Assembly: GCA_031409275.1 (NCBI GenBank)
Contig: JANNXA010000034.1
Span: 150,120 to 214,119 of the forward strand
Source: Planctomycetota bacterium
GTDB taxonomy: Bacteria > Planctomycetota > B15-G4 > SIAN01
Direction: 5' to 3'
DNA: 64,000 nt
Position 1 is the first letter of the stretch, and each line of letters starts with the position of its first letter. Below, one piece after another: positions 53,740 to 63,617 of the stretch. The notes beneath the pieces were generated by a model, which did no database searches, was not told the origin of the DNA, and worked only from the letters and a program-made list of their open reading frames with translations. Both the position numbers and the translations under genes were made by a program.

Positions 53740-54543
53740 ATGAAGAGCCTCTCCGCGGTTGCGTTCAGTGGCGCGAGCCTCGGCCTGTCGATGCTCGCCT
53801 GTTGCACCGCCACTTCGCACGAAGGTTGGTGGGAGCGCCATACCGACGTCGACACCTGGGCCCATGCTGCGGGGCAGCAGGTCAACGACCCGCTGCGGCT
53901 CATCCCGCAGGCGTCGCTGCTGTTCGCTGCTCCGGTGCTGGTCGTCTACGATCGCGTGCTCGAGCGTCGCTCTGTCGCCCATCCGCGCCTGACGGACGGA
54001 AATACCTATGGCGGAAACGTCGCCACCGTCGCGCTCGGCGCCACGGCGCTTGGTGTAGCCGCGGGTCATTGGATGGGGGGCGACTCCGGCAGCTCGTTCG
54101 AGGTGCTCGCCGAGTCGCTCACCGCGACGATGGCCACGACTGGCCTGCTGAAGCTCACCATCCCGCGCTCGCGACCTGGAAGCGGACGCGGCTCGTCGTT
54201 TCCGTCGGGGCACACGGCGTTCGCATTCAGTACCGCGACCTGGCTCGCTCGCTCGACGTGGGATTCGACCGACACATGGTGGCGCGGAGTCGGGTTCCTG
54301 AGCTTCCTGCCGGCCGCCTACGTCGGCATGAGCCGGATCGAGGGCAATCAGCACTACCCCTCGGACGTCGCCGTAGGCGCTTTCGTTGGCGCGGCCCTCA
54401 CCAACTGGATCTATGACGCGCACGTTGGCGATCCGGCGACCGGCCGCGACGGTCTGCTTCCTGAGTCGAATCGGTTGAGCGGGAGCTTTGCCCCCGTCAT
54501 CGAGGAAGACGCGGTCGGAGTGGCGTGGTCGATCCGCTTCTAG
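53740..54543 (+). CDS. PAP2 family phosphatase
   Basis: KLTIPRSRP, FPSGHT, SRIEGNQHYPSD. Confidence 0.9.
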   Translation: MKSLSAVAFSGASLGLSMLACCTATSHEGWWERHTDVDTWAHAAGQQVNDPLRLIPQASLLFAAPVLVVYDRVLERRSVAHPRLTDGNTYGGNVATVALGATALGVAAGHWMGGDSGSSFEVLAESLTATMATTGLLKLTIPRSRPGSGRGSSFPSGHTAFAFSTATWLARSTWDSTDTWWRGVGFLSFLPAAYVGMSRIEGNQHYPSDVAVGAFVGAALTNWIYDAHVGDPATGRDGLLPESNRLSGSFAPVIEEDAVGVAWSIRF

Positions 54544-54600
54544 CCCGCCTGACCCACGATTCCCTGCTGCCGCTCGATTGGTCGAAGCCTTCGCGTTCGC

Positions 54601-54632
54601 AACAAACTCCCCGTCGCTTGGCGACGGGGAGT
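54601..54632 (-). terminator. Intrinsic terminator hairpin between convergent PAP2 and csbD
   Basis: Perfect 12-bp stem ACTCCCCGTCGC/GCGACGGGGAGT, 3-nt loop, T-rich tail on the minus strand. Confidence 0.7.
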
Positions 54633-54651
54633 GCGAGTCACGCGGGCACGA

Positions 54652-54852
54652 TCACTTGTCGTCAGCCAACTTGCGCTGAGCCTTGCCGACGAGCTTCTGC
54701 GCCCGGCCTTCGATCTCCTTGGCTTCGCCCTTGCGCTGCTCGGACTCGCTGCCGATCAGCTTGCCGACGACGTTGCGCACCTTGCCGGCGCCCTGCTTCG
54801 CCCCGCCCTTGATCTCGTTTGCGATGCCGCGTTTGTTCAGATCCGAGCTCAT
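54652..54852 (-). CDS. csbD: CsbD family general stress protein
   Basis: IKGGAKQGAGKV...GEAKEIEGRAQKLVGKA; 66 aa; GGGGAG RBS. Confidence 0.85.
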   Translation of the reverse strand: MSSDLNKRGIANEIKGGAKQGAGKVRNVVGKLIGSESEQRKGEAKEIEGRAQKLVGKAQRKLADDK

Positions 54853-54915
54853 GGAGACTCCCCTTGCGGATCGGCGTGAGGCCGATCTTGACCAACGTGT
54901 GAAACGTTGGAGGAG

Positions 54916-54931
54916 AGCAAGCAACGTGCCG
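54916..54931 (-). promoter_or_regulatory. Sigma54 promoter of csbD
   Basis: CGGCACGTTGCTTGCT, about 64 nt upstream of 54852. Confidence 0.75.
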
Positions 54932-54952
54932 CGATCGCCACGCGCCGCCGCA

Positions 54953-55510
54953 TCATCGGGCGGCGACGAAACCCTCGCGACCGGGATCGATCCGGTCGAG
55001 CGTCTGCATCGCCTTCGGGTCGCCCTTCTCGGCGGCGGCCAACAGGAGTTCGTGCGCGCGGCCGAGGTCGAGCGGCACGGAATCACCGAGCAGATGGAGC
55101 ACCGCGAGGTTGTTCATCGCCGCGGCGAATCCTTGTTCCGCGGCTCGGCTGTACCAGAGCGCCGCCTCGGAGTGGGAGCGCGCCACGCCGGAACCGACGT
55201 AGCAGAGGTAGCCGAGATTGTTCTGCGCGGCGGGATGGCCTTGCTCGGCGGCGAGCTGGTACCAGCGGGCCGCCGTCGCGTCATCCTCCGGCACGCCCGC
55301 TCCTTCGTCGTGCAGCAGTCCGACGAGGTATTGCGCTTCGGAGTCGCCGCGCTCGGCCAGCGGCTTCCAGGACGCGAGTGCAGCGACAGGATCACCGTGG
55401 CGGTAGGCGTCGTCGCCGCGTTCGCGCGCCGTGACGCATCCGGTTGAAGCGAGGAGGGCGCTCGACGCAGCCAGCCACGAGCCGGTGCGTGCAAAGTGGT
55501 GGAGTTGCAT
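54953..55510 (-). CDS. Sel1-repeat lipoprotein
   Basis: AQYLVG, AAEQGHPAAQNNLG, AAEQGFAAAMNNLA; lipobox-like STGC. Confidence 0.85.
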   Translation of the reverse strand: MQLHHFARTGSWLAASSALLASTGCVTARERGDDAYRHGDPVAALASWKPLAERGDSEAQYLVGLLHDEGAGVPEDDATAARWYQLAAEQGHPAAQNNLGYLCYVGSGVARSHSEAALWYSRAAEQGFAAAMNNLAVLHLLGDSVPLDLGRAHELLLAAAEKGDPKAMQTLDRIDPGREGFVAAR

Positions 55511-55617
55511 GGAAGGAGCGATCGGCGACGCTCCTTCTTTATCTGAAGCGAAACCTTCACGCCGCACGTCAACTTCTCTTCATCGAACGCGCGGCTCGAC
55601 GCCACGAAGCCGTTGCG

Positions 55618-56949
55618 TCAGCGTTTCGCGGCAGGCTCCGCGACCGAAGTGGCGGTCGCTTGCGCTCCGAGCAGCACGCCGCCGTCCCACTCGACGGTCA
55701 CGAGGAGCGGTCCGGTCGCGGTCGTCGGCACTCCCACGGAGGCCGTGCAGAAGGTGCCTCACATGAAGCCGGAACGGGCGGAGCCGAGCAGGTCGCCGCG
55801 CGCGCCACGCAGCTCGATCCGCGCGTCCGACGTCGTCGCGGAGACGATGCGCAGCCCTTCGCTGGAAGAGAGCTGCGGCTGCACCGAGTAGGCGTTGCCG
55901 CTGCTGCCGATCGGCGTCACCTCGGCTCCGAAGTTCAGCGTGCCGAGTGGATCGAAGGTGAGCTCGCCTTCACGCGTGAGCGTGTGCCAGTCGCTGTCGC
56001 GGCCGTCGCGAGCTCGCGTGAAGACATAGGTCGTCGAGCCGCTGTGCGCGTCGGAAGCGACGTCGACCGTCAGCGCCACGACGCGATAGTCGCCCGGCGG
56101 GAGCTCGAGCGTCGGCTGCTCGCCCTTCGCGCGGAAGGCGGAGCCGTCGCGCGCGCCGAGCGTCACCTGCAGCGACGCGACGCGCGTGCCCGGCAGCGGC
56201 GCTGCCACCACCAGCTTCACCTTGCCGACCCCCTGCACCTCTTCGAGGCTGAGCGCCCGGCCGAACTCGTCGGCATGCACCGCGAAGCGCTGGCCCCACA
56301 GCTGGATCAACGGCACGCAGGCGAAGCGCTCCTCCAGCGGATCCCACTCGCCGCTGCCATCGAGGTCGAGCCAAAGCGCATCTTGCAGATCGCCGAGCAG
56401 CCCGTTGGCATCGCCGTCGACGCGGCGCACCGTGATCTCGCGGCCGGCGACTTTGGCGGTCCCTTCGAGCCAGCCGCGCACGGCGCACGCGAGCACCGCA
56501 CCGCTCTTGCCGACACGAAAGAAGAGGTCGCGACTTGGCTGCGCGCCGGCGCCATCGCCTGAGTTCTCGTCTGAGTCATCGCCTGCTGCGAGCGCCACGG
56601 TGAGCGGCACGATCCAACCATCGGAATCGCGGCGCGCGAGTTCGCTCGTCTCGATCAGGCGATCGCGGTTGGTGTCGGCGTAGAGGTCGCGCGTGCCGTC
56701 GGCTGCGCAGTCGAGCAGGAGTGCGACCCGTCGCGAGTCGGGGGTCCCGAAGCGCAGCTGGGCGTAGCGCGCCTTGCCGCGCGGCGCCACTTTCACGACG
56801 ACATTCGCGGGCGGCGTCTCCTCGAGCGTCAACGCGCGCAGCGGCGCGCCCGCGAACTTCGCGGCAGCGTTCGCGTCCGCGGGCGGCGCGACCCAGTGCC
56901 AGTCGCTTCCGGCGGCGAACCCACAGACCGCGGCAATCAGCACGAGCAT
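55618..56949 (-). CDS. Secreted protein of unknown function, candidate selenoprotein (UGA 55759-55761 = Sec397, U-G-T-F-C); 55759-56949 if UGA is a stop
   Basis: Signal peptide; EF-hand-like DTNRD/DGDANG/DLDGSG motifs; frame stays open 46 coding-like codons past UGA; hairpin directly after UGA. Confidence 0.65.
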
Positions 56950-56965
56950 GGCAGCCTCCTCGCGG

Positions 56966-59900
56966 TCAATCCTCGGTGTCGGGAATCCAGACGCCGAGCG
57001 CACTCTCGAGCGCGGCGTCGAATCGCTCGCTGCTCGGGCGAGCGAGCATGCCGATGACGGCGCCTCGCCGGTAGTCACGTGACGTGGTCGCCCGCGATGG
57101 GTCGATCCGCGCGGCGTCGCTGTCGAGCAGCTGGCATGCATGGTCGGGATCGATCAGCGCCCACGCCTGGAGCGCGAAGGTCGTCTCTTCGTGGTCGCCC
57201 GCGAGCAGCTCGGGGAGCGATGGATCGAGCGATGCGAGGAGGTGGCGCGCGGCGTCGCGGTCGTAGCGCGCGAGTCCCAGCGCGATCGAGCCGTCGCGCT
57301 GCACGATCCAGCCGTCGAGCTCCCAGTCGGGGGTGACTCCTTGCGCGCGCCGCCACGAGAGTGCGCGCCACAGGAGTTCGTCGACGAGCTCGGGCGCGAC
57401 GGCTTCCGCCGTGACGAGGTGCGCCAGTCCGAGTCCAGCGACGCAACGGTCGTAGTTGGTGAGGATCTCGTCGCCGCGGCCGATCGTCTCCAGTTCGGCG
57501 AAGCCGCGCAGCAGCAGTTCACGGGCAGCGTCCGGCTCGCCATCGGCAAGCGCGCGCGCCATGAAGAGATGCGCTTGCGCGCGCAGCTGTGGCTCCCCGA
57601 TGCGCTGCGCGATCGCCTCGGCGCGCGCGAGGTCGAGCGGCGCCATCCGGTAGCAGACCCGCAAGGTTGCGCGGTCGCGACGGGTGGGTTGGCGCACCTC
57701 GCCCAGCACTCGCTCGGCGGCTTGCGGATCGCGACCTGCCAGTTCGTGCGCGATGTTGGCGCGATGGCGGTCGTACTCGTTCGGGTCCTTCAGGCTGTCG
57801 CAAAGCGCGAGTGCGCGCGGCAGGTCGAAGCTCGCCAGCTCCTCGGCAAACGCGCCCCGCGCGTATTCCTCCCAGTCGTCGCTCCCGAGCTGGCCGGCGT
57901 TGGGCATCGCCTCGGCGAGGATCCGCTGCGCGAGCTCGGGGTCGTCGTGTTCTGCGAAGTGTTCGGCGACGCGGGCGAGCACCACGACCCGCATGCCGGG
58001 CGAGTCGATCTGGCGGGCGTTGGCCAGCGCCTCGAAGAGCAACGCTCGTCGCGTCGCGGCGTCCATGTCGGGACGCCGTTCGACCGCGTCGAGGAAGCCG
58101 GCCGTTCGGAACTGCGCCGTCTCCATCGACTGCACGACTGCGAGCGCATCGTCGAGATCGGCGGCGAGCAGCTGCTGCGCGATGGGCCGCCGTGCGTAAT
58201 CGCGAAACCAGCTGTCCTGGAAGAGGCCGTGGTCGATTGCCGTCAGCCCACGCGCCGGATCGACGCAGGCGAATTGCTGGAGCAGGCGGTGGTTGGGTCC
58301 GTCGTCGGGATGGGCGCGCGCCACGTCCATCACGGGCGCCAGTAGCGCGTCGGCGGTGGCGAGCTCTGCGGCGCGATCGATGGGGGGCGCAAGCGTGTGC
58401 AGCGCGCGCCAGGGCGGCTCGTCGCTGCGGGCGAGCGCGAGCGTGACGTCGCTGGTGGGCGCCACGATCGCCATGCCGCGCCGTCGATATCCGGTCGCTT
58501 CGGCGAAGAGGAAGCCGTTGCCGGGGAGGTAGCCAGCGAGTTCGAAACGGCCGTCCGCGTCGCTCCTCGTTTCCGTGCGTCGCGGCCCGTCGCCGGATTG
58601 GAAAAGGCGAACGCCGGCCAGCGGTCGACCGCTGCGATCGACGACGCGACCGCGGATGGCCGCGAGCGGTCGGAGCGTCACGCGGGCGGGAGCGTGGTCA
58701 CCGCCGTCGCCGTCGAGCCGGAACCACTCGCTGGTGGCGAGCGCGAAGCCCGTGGCGGAGACGACCCAGCGATACTCCGACGTGGCGTCGATGCGACGCG
58801 GATACGTTGCGCGTCCGTCGGCGTCGGTGAGCGCGGTGGGCGTCTCGCCCGACTCGCCGTCGACATCGCGCTCGAGGCGCATGCCGTGCTGCGGTTCGAC
58901 GTAGCGCCGCCAGAGCTTCGGCCGCGCGCCAACGATCGGCTCGCCGCTCTCGCGCACGACGAGAACGCTCGGACCAAGCGCGCCGGTCGATTCGACGGCG
59001 ATCTCGAGGCCGATGACGTCCTCGTCGGTGGCGTCGATGGTGATGGGCTCGCGCAGCGCTTCATCGCCACGTTGCGCCGTGAGCAGCCAGCTCAGCCCGC
59101 GTTCGATCCCGGTCAGCGCGAAGGCTCCAGTGGAGTCGCAGATCGTCGCGGTTGGCCAGCGAAACGTGCGCAGGTCCTGATCGTCTGGCCGAGCGAGCTT
59201 CACCCACGCGCCAGCGGCCGGCTTGCCGTCCGCTGTGTGCACCTGTCCGCGGATCGCACGGCCGCGCGCGACAGCGAGGGGGGCGGCGATCGGCGCGGTC
59301 GTGTTCGTTGCGGTCGGTACCGCCACTTCGACGTAGGGTCCCTTCGGCAGCACGCACCACGGGCGGGGAGCTTCACGAACGACGATCGTGGGTGCCCGCA
59401 GCGCCGTTGACCACAAGCGATACGCGCCCTCGCGGTCGCTGACGACGGAGCTCGGCGGGACGGCGACCGACTCGACCACCGCGCCGGCGATCGGCGCGCC
59501 GTCGCCGGCATCGACGACGCGCCCCGCCACTTCGAAGGCCCAAACGGCGTCGATCTCGACGCTCGCCACCAGGTCCTTGTCGAGGAGCAGGGTCTTCACG
59601 AGCTGCCATGGAAAGGTGCGATCGGGCTCGAGCTGCAACGCCACGGTGCCCTGAAGCAGATGCTCCAGCGTGATGGCGCCCTGATCGTCGGTGAGCAGGC
59701 GCCGCCGCTCTTGACGCGTCAGCGAGGATTCGAGCGGATCCACAAGAGTGACCCGGACGTCGACGGTGCGGCCGGCAGGAAGCGGCGCGCCACCGGCCGT
59801 GAGCGTGACGTGGATCTTCGTGGTGGCGCCGAGCGTGACCTGCGGCAAGTGGCTTCCGTTGGTCCACGTCACGAGCTGAGAGCTGCGATCGGGCGAAACG

Positions 59901-60490
59901 ACCAGGACGCTGCCGAGTGCGGCGGCCTCCACGAGTGGCAGTGGCGCGACCCCTTCGTGGTCCGTGATCCCGGCGGCGCGCTCGCACAGCTCTTGCGGCG
60001 GGATCCAGCGATCGTCGCCGACGCATTGCGGTGTGACGCGCGCACCGACGATCGGTGCGCCGGAAGAGTCGAGCACCATCAGTGGCTGCGTGAACTCGGC
60101 CGGCAGCTCGACCAGCACGGGGCGGCCATTGGGTGGTTGGAAGAGGTTGACGAGCCCCTTGCCGAGCGCGTGGCCGGGGGCGTGGGCCCAGAACGCGAGG
60201 CTGTGGCTGCCAAGCTCCTGCACTTCGTCCGCGTCGACCTCGAAGGCGAACTGCCCATCGGCATCGCACACGGGGCGCGCGAGGACGACCGTCGCCGCTT
60301 CGGCGCCGAAGAAGGTCGTCGTGGTCACGAAGACGTCGGCATGGGCGATCGCGACCCCATCGGCGCCGACCACCTGGCCGCGGATCGCGACCGGCTTGCG
60401 ATCCGCGGCCAGGCCGGCCGCAGCAAAAACCGCGGTCACCAGCGCCACGCAGAGCCCCAGCGCTGCCGGCATCGTTCGCCACTGCTGCAT
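56966..60490 (-). CDS. Large secreted protein with carboxypeptidase-regulatory-like (Ig/transthyretin) repeats and helical C-terminus
   Basis: Repeated IRG.VV...G.P..GA / TDADGRF units; alpha-helical repeat tail; signal peptide. Confidence 0.8.
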   Translation of the reverse strand: MQQWRTMPAALGLCVALVTAVFAAAGLAADRKPVAIRGQVVGADGVAIAHADVFVTTTTFFGAEAATVVLARPVCDADGQFAFEVDADEVQELGSHSLAFWAHAPGHALGKGLVNLFQPPNGRPVLVELPAEFTQPLMVLDSSGAPIVGARVTPQCVGDDRWIPPQELCERAAGITDHEGVAPLPLVEAAALGSVLVVSPDRSSQLVTWTNGSHLPQVTLGATTKIHVTLTAGGAPLPAGRTVDVRVTLVDPLESSLTRQERRRLLTDDQGAITLEHLLQGTVALQLEPDRTFPWQLVKTLLLDKDLVASVEIDAVWAFEVAGRVVDAGDGAPIAGAVVESVAVPPSSVVSDREGAYRLWSTALRAPTIVVREAPRPWCVLPKGPYVEVAVPTATNTTAPIAAPLAVARGRAIRGQVHTADGKPAAGAWVKLARPDDQDLRTFRWPTATICDSTGAFALTGIERGLSWLLTAQRGDEALREPITIDATDEDVIGLEIAVESTGALGPSVLVVRESGEPIVGARPKLWRRYVEPQHGMRLERDVDGESGETPTALTDADGRATYPRRIDATSEYRWVVSATGFALATSEWFRLDGDGGDHAPARVTLRPLAAIRGRVVDRSGRPLAGVRLFQSGDGPRRTETRSDADGRFELAGYLPGNGFLFAEATGYRRRGMAIVAPTSDVTLALARSDEPPWRALHTLAPPIDRAAELATADALLAPVMDVARAHPDDGPNHRLLQQFACVDPARGLTAIDHGLFQDSWFRDYARRPIAQQLLAADLDDALAVVQSMETAQFRTAGFLDAVERRPDMDAATRRALLFEALANARQIDSPGMRVVVLARVAEHFAEHDDPELAQRILAEAMPNAGQLGSDDWEEYARGAFAEELASFDLPRALALCDSLKDPNEYDRHRANIAHELAGRDPQAAERVLGEVRQPTRRDRATLRVCYRMAPLDLARAEAIAQRIGEPQLRAQAHLFMARALADGEPDAARELLLRGFAELETIGRGDEILTNYDRCVAGLGLAHLVTAEAVAPELVDELLWRALSWRRAQGVTPDWELDGWIVQRDGSIALGLARYDRDAARHLLASLDPSLPELLAGDHEETTFALQAWALIDPDHACQLLDSDAARIDPSRATTSRDYRRGAVIGMLARPSSERFDAALESALGVWIPDTED

Positions 60491-60662
60491 AAGTGACCCC
60501 TTCGTCCGGGCCCGACGGTGGTTGAGTCGATTCGTCTACGGGGCCGGGCGACGTTACCTCGCGGCGGCTGAGCTGGGGGCCGCTGGCGGCCCTGCCTTGC
60601 CCGCGCTATGCCGTAGCCATTCGCCGCCGAGGCCCGGTCTGGGTACTTCGTGGAGTGAGTCG

Positions 60663-63464
60663 ATGGCGATGAAGCAGGTCTTCGGGTTGCTGCCGTTCAC
60701 GCTGACGGCGGTGCTGTCGCTGGCGGCGGCGTTCGCTCAATCGGCGCCAAGCGGCAAGTGGGCGCGAGGCAGGTCGTCGCTCGGTGCGACGCTGACGACG
60801 ACGCTGGCGCCCGGTACGGTGGTCATGGCCGGGGATCTGGTGGAGTTCACCGTGCGGGCGACCAGCCCACAGCCGGCGAAGGTGACGCTGGCTCTTTTGA
60901 ATCCGCCGCCGGGTTGCATGTTCGTGCAGGATCGTCAGCAGTGGTTGCTTGGCCGGCTCGGAAAGCCCGGCACCGGTGACTGGGTGACGGCGATCGGCAA
61001 GGTGCGCTGGCTGGTCCCGAACAACGTCGGCGGGCTGCAGCACTTGACCTTCCGAGCGACCGACCTCGCCCACCCCGACGTGCCCGTGTTCACGACGGTC
61101 GACCTGCGCGTCGAGGGCGAGACCGTCGCGGCGATGATCCAGATCGGCGACGTCACCGGTGATGGTGTGCTCGACACGGTGGCGGGAGCGCAGTACGCGA
61201 ACGCACGTGGCATCGTGGATTCTGGAGCGGTCTACATCTGGAAGGGGGGCGCGTCACCATCCGGCGCTCCCGACGCGACCCTCTCGGTTCAAGGGGCGGC
61301 CAAGTACGACCGGCTCGGGGAACCGTGGAAAGGTCAAGGGCTCCAGCTCGCCGACGTCAGCGCGGATGGAGTCCTCGACATCGTGGTCGGGACCTACGAA
61401 GCCGACGTGGGGGGCGCCGTCCAAGCAGGGGCAATCTACGTCTGGCAGGGAGGATCGACGCTCACCGGCACGCCGGCGCCGCTTGCCACACTGACGATTC
61501 CGGGCACAAAGGCCTACGACTCTCTCACTGCGCGCAGTGGACAGGGGATCCAACTCGCGGATGTCTCAGGCGACGGGGTGATCGACATCGTCACGGGGGC
61601 AATGGAAGCCACTGTCAATGGTGTCCCATCGGCGGGCGCCCTCTACATATGGAGAGGTGGGCCGATGCTCGCCGGCACCCCGGCGCCGTTTGCGACGCTC
61701 ACAGCACCGACCGCGGTGGCCTACGACCGCTTGGGGATGTCCGTCACGCAGTTGGTCGACGTGACGGGTGACTCGGTGCTGGACGTCATCGCGGGCTCGA
61801 ACTACACCGACGTGAACGGCGTCGTCGATGCCGGCGCGATCTACGTCTGGAAGGGTGGCGCTGCGTTGCAAGGGGCGCCCGCGCCGCGCGCGACGCTGAC
61901 GATCCCAGGGGCCGCCACCACCAGCATGCTGGGCTACGTGGGCGATCCCTACGACTTGGCGGCGCTGCTCTATCCCGGCACCGTCGGGCAAATCGTTGAC
62001 GTGACGGGCGATGGCATCGCTGACCTCGTCGTCGACACAATTTGGGCCACCGCCGGCGGTGTCGCCGGAGCGGGGGCGATTTACATCTGGAGAGGTGGCG
62101 GCACGCTGACCGGAGCGCCGACGCCGATCGCAACGCTCTCGGTGCCAGGCGGCCAATACGCCGACCAGCTCGGCCTGATCGACTTCGGTGGGGTAAGCGG
62201 TCGCGGGATGCTTCTCGACGACGTGACCGGTGACGGCCGGATCGATGTCATCGCGGCGGCCAGCAACGCCGACGTCGGCGGAGTGCTCGACGCGGGCGCG
62301 GTCTACGTCTGGGACGGCGCGGCGCTGATCGGGACGTCGGCGCCGCTCGCGACGCTCGCCATCACCGGTGCGGTCGCCTTCGACTGGCTCGGCGACGCGC
62401 TGGGCCAGGGCGTGCTGGTCGACGATGTGACCGGGGATGGTGTGCTTGATCTGGTGGTGGGCGATCGCTTCGCAGACCTCGCGGGGGTAGCGAATGTCGG
62501 TGCGATCTACGTCTGGAGCGGCGGCGCGTCGCTGGTCGGGACGCCCGCCCCGTTCGCCACGCTGACGGTCCCCGGAGCGCAGGCGAATGATGTGCTGGGG
62601 TCGACGGGAGGGGGGACCTTCTTCGTCAAAGCGGGGCTCTCGATCCAGATCGCCGACGTCACGGGAGACAACTACGTCGACATCATCGTAGGATCGATTT
62701 GGGCGGACGTGCTCCCAGGCAAGTCGGATGGGGGCGCGGTCTACGTCTGGGCCGGCGGCCCGATGCTGAGTGGCCCGCTTGCGCCGCTCGCGGAGCTCTA
62801 CGCCCACAACGGCAATACGAACGATTTCCTCGGTGACCTCGGAGGGTTCGCGCAAGGAGTACAGCTTGTCGATCTGAGCGGCGACGGCGTTCTCGATGTG
62901 GTGACCGGTTCGATTCGATTCGACGTCGGCAGCAACTTGGACACGGGGGCACTCTTCGTTTGGACGGGTGGAGTCACGCTCACTGGGACTCCCGCTCCAA
63001 GCGCTGAGCTGAGAGCGTCGAATCGTCGCGCGTCTGACTTCCTCGGTTTGGCGACTGGGCAGTCGATCCAGATTGCAGATGTCACGGGTGACGGCTTGCC
63101 TGATGTCGTAGCCAGCGCGCAATACAAGGACCTCAATGGGAAGCAGGATGTTGGTGCGCTGTACGTCTGGGAGGGAGGCTTCGTGCTACAGGGCACCCTT
63201 GATCCAAGGGCCGACTTGGTCGATTCAGCTGCCAAGCAGCTCGACTTCATGAGTCGAGCGACCGCGCAGGGTTACTACCTCGCCGACGTCACAGGCGACG
63301 GTGTTCTCGACATCGCGAGCGGAACACCATGGGCGGATCTCAATAGGGTGGATGTCGGCTCGCTCTATCTATGGAAGGGTGGCGCAGCAATCGTTGGCAC
63401 ACCAGCACTGCTCGCCAAATTGACAGTGCCCGGCGCTGCGCAAGGGGACGCTCTCACGAAGTGA
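60663..63464 (+). CDS. Secreted FG-GAP (integrin-alpha-like) repeat protein
   Basis: Eleven DV(T/S)GDG..D...GA.Y.W.GG repeats; signal peptide. Confidence 0.88.
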   Translation: MAMKQVFGLLPFTLTAVLSLAAAFAQSAPSGKWARGRSSLGATLTTTLAPGTVVMAGDLVEFTVRATSPQPAKVTLALLNPPPGCMFVQDRQQWLLGRLGKPGTGDWVTAIGKVRWLVPNNVGGLQHLTFRATDLAHPDVPVFTTVDLRVEGETVAAMIQIGDVTGDGVLDTVAGAQYANARGIVDSGAVYIWKGGASPSGAPDATLSVQGAAKYDRLGEPWKGQGLQLADVSADGVLDIVVGTYEADVGGAVQAGAIYVWQGGSTLTGTPAPLATLTIPGTKAYDSLTARSGQGIQLADVSGDGVIDIVTGAMEATVNGVPSAGALYIWRGGPMLAGTPAPFATLTAPTAVAYDRLGMSVTQLVDVTGDSVLDVIAGSNYTDVNGVVDAGAIYVWKGGAALQGAPAPRATLTIPGAATTSMLGYVGDPYDLAALLYPGTVGQIVDVTGDGIADLVVDTIWATAGGVAGAGAIYIWRGGGTLTGAPTPIATLSVPGGQYADQLGLIDFGGVSGRGMLLDDVTGDGRIDVIAAASNADVGGVLDAGAVYVWDGAALIGTSAPLATLAITGAVAFDWLGDALGQGVLVDDVTGDGVLDLVVGDRFADLAGVANVGAIYVWSGGASLVGTPAPFATLTVPGAQANDVLGSTGGGTFFVKAGLSIQIADVTGDNYVDIIVGSIWADVLPGKSDGGAVYVWAGGPMLSGPLAPLAELYAHNGNTNDFLGDLGGFAQGVQLVDLSGDGVLDVVTGSIRFDVGSNLDTGALFVWTGGVTLTGTPAPSAELRASNRRASDFLGLATGQSIQIADVTGDGLPDVVASAQYKDLNGKQDVGALYVWEGGFVLQGTLDPRADLVDSAAKQLDFMSRATAQGYYLADVTGDGVLDIASGTPWADLNRVDVGSLYLWKGGAAIVGTPALLAKLTVPGAAQGDALTK

Positions 63465-63617
63465 TCGGAATCATGTCCTCGAAGAATGAAGTCACTTGGC
63501 ATGCGCAAGCGTCCATTGGCTCCAGCCAGTGTCGGGCTGAGAGTTGCGGAGATCCTTCACTCGTGTTGACCGCGAGGCTGACAATGGGTGGGCCGATCAA
63601 GAAGAGGAGCAAAGATC

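Noticed and set aside
54652..55086. Possible Sel1-CsbD frameshift fusion suggested by the extended ORF
   Set aside because: csbD has its own RBS and sigma54 promoter in the gap; the extension is incidental
55549..55564. CGGCGTGAAGGTTTCG upstream of the Sel1 gene
   Set aside because: Lacks the -12 GC; not counted as a promoter
63462..63570. UGA of the FG-GAP gene followed by SESC (UxxxC)
   Set aside because: Downstream codons are AT-rich and not coding-like, there is no hairpin, and the protein ends naturally at a repeat boundary
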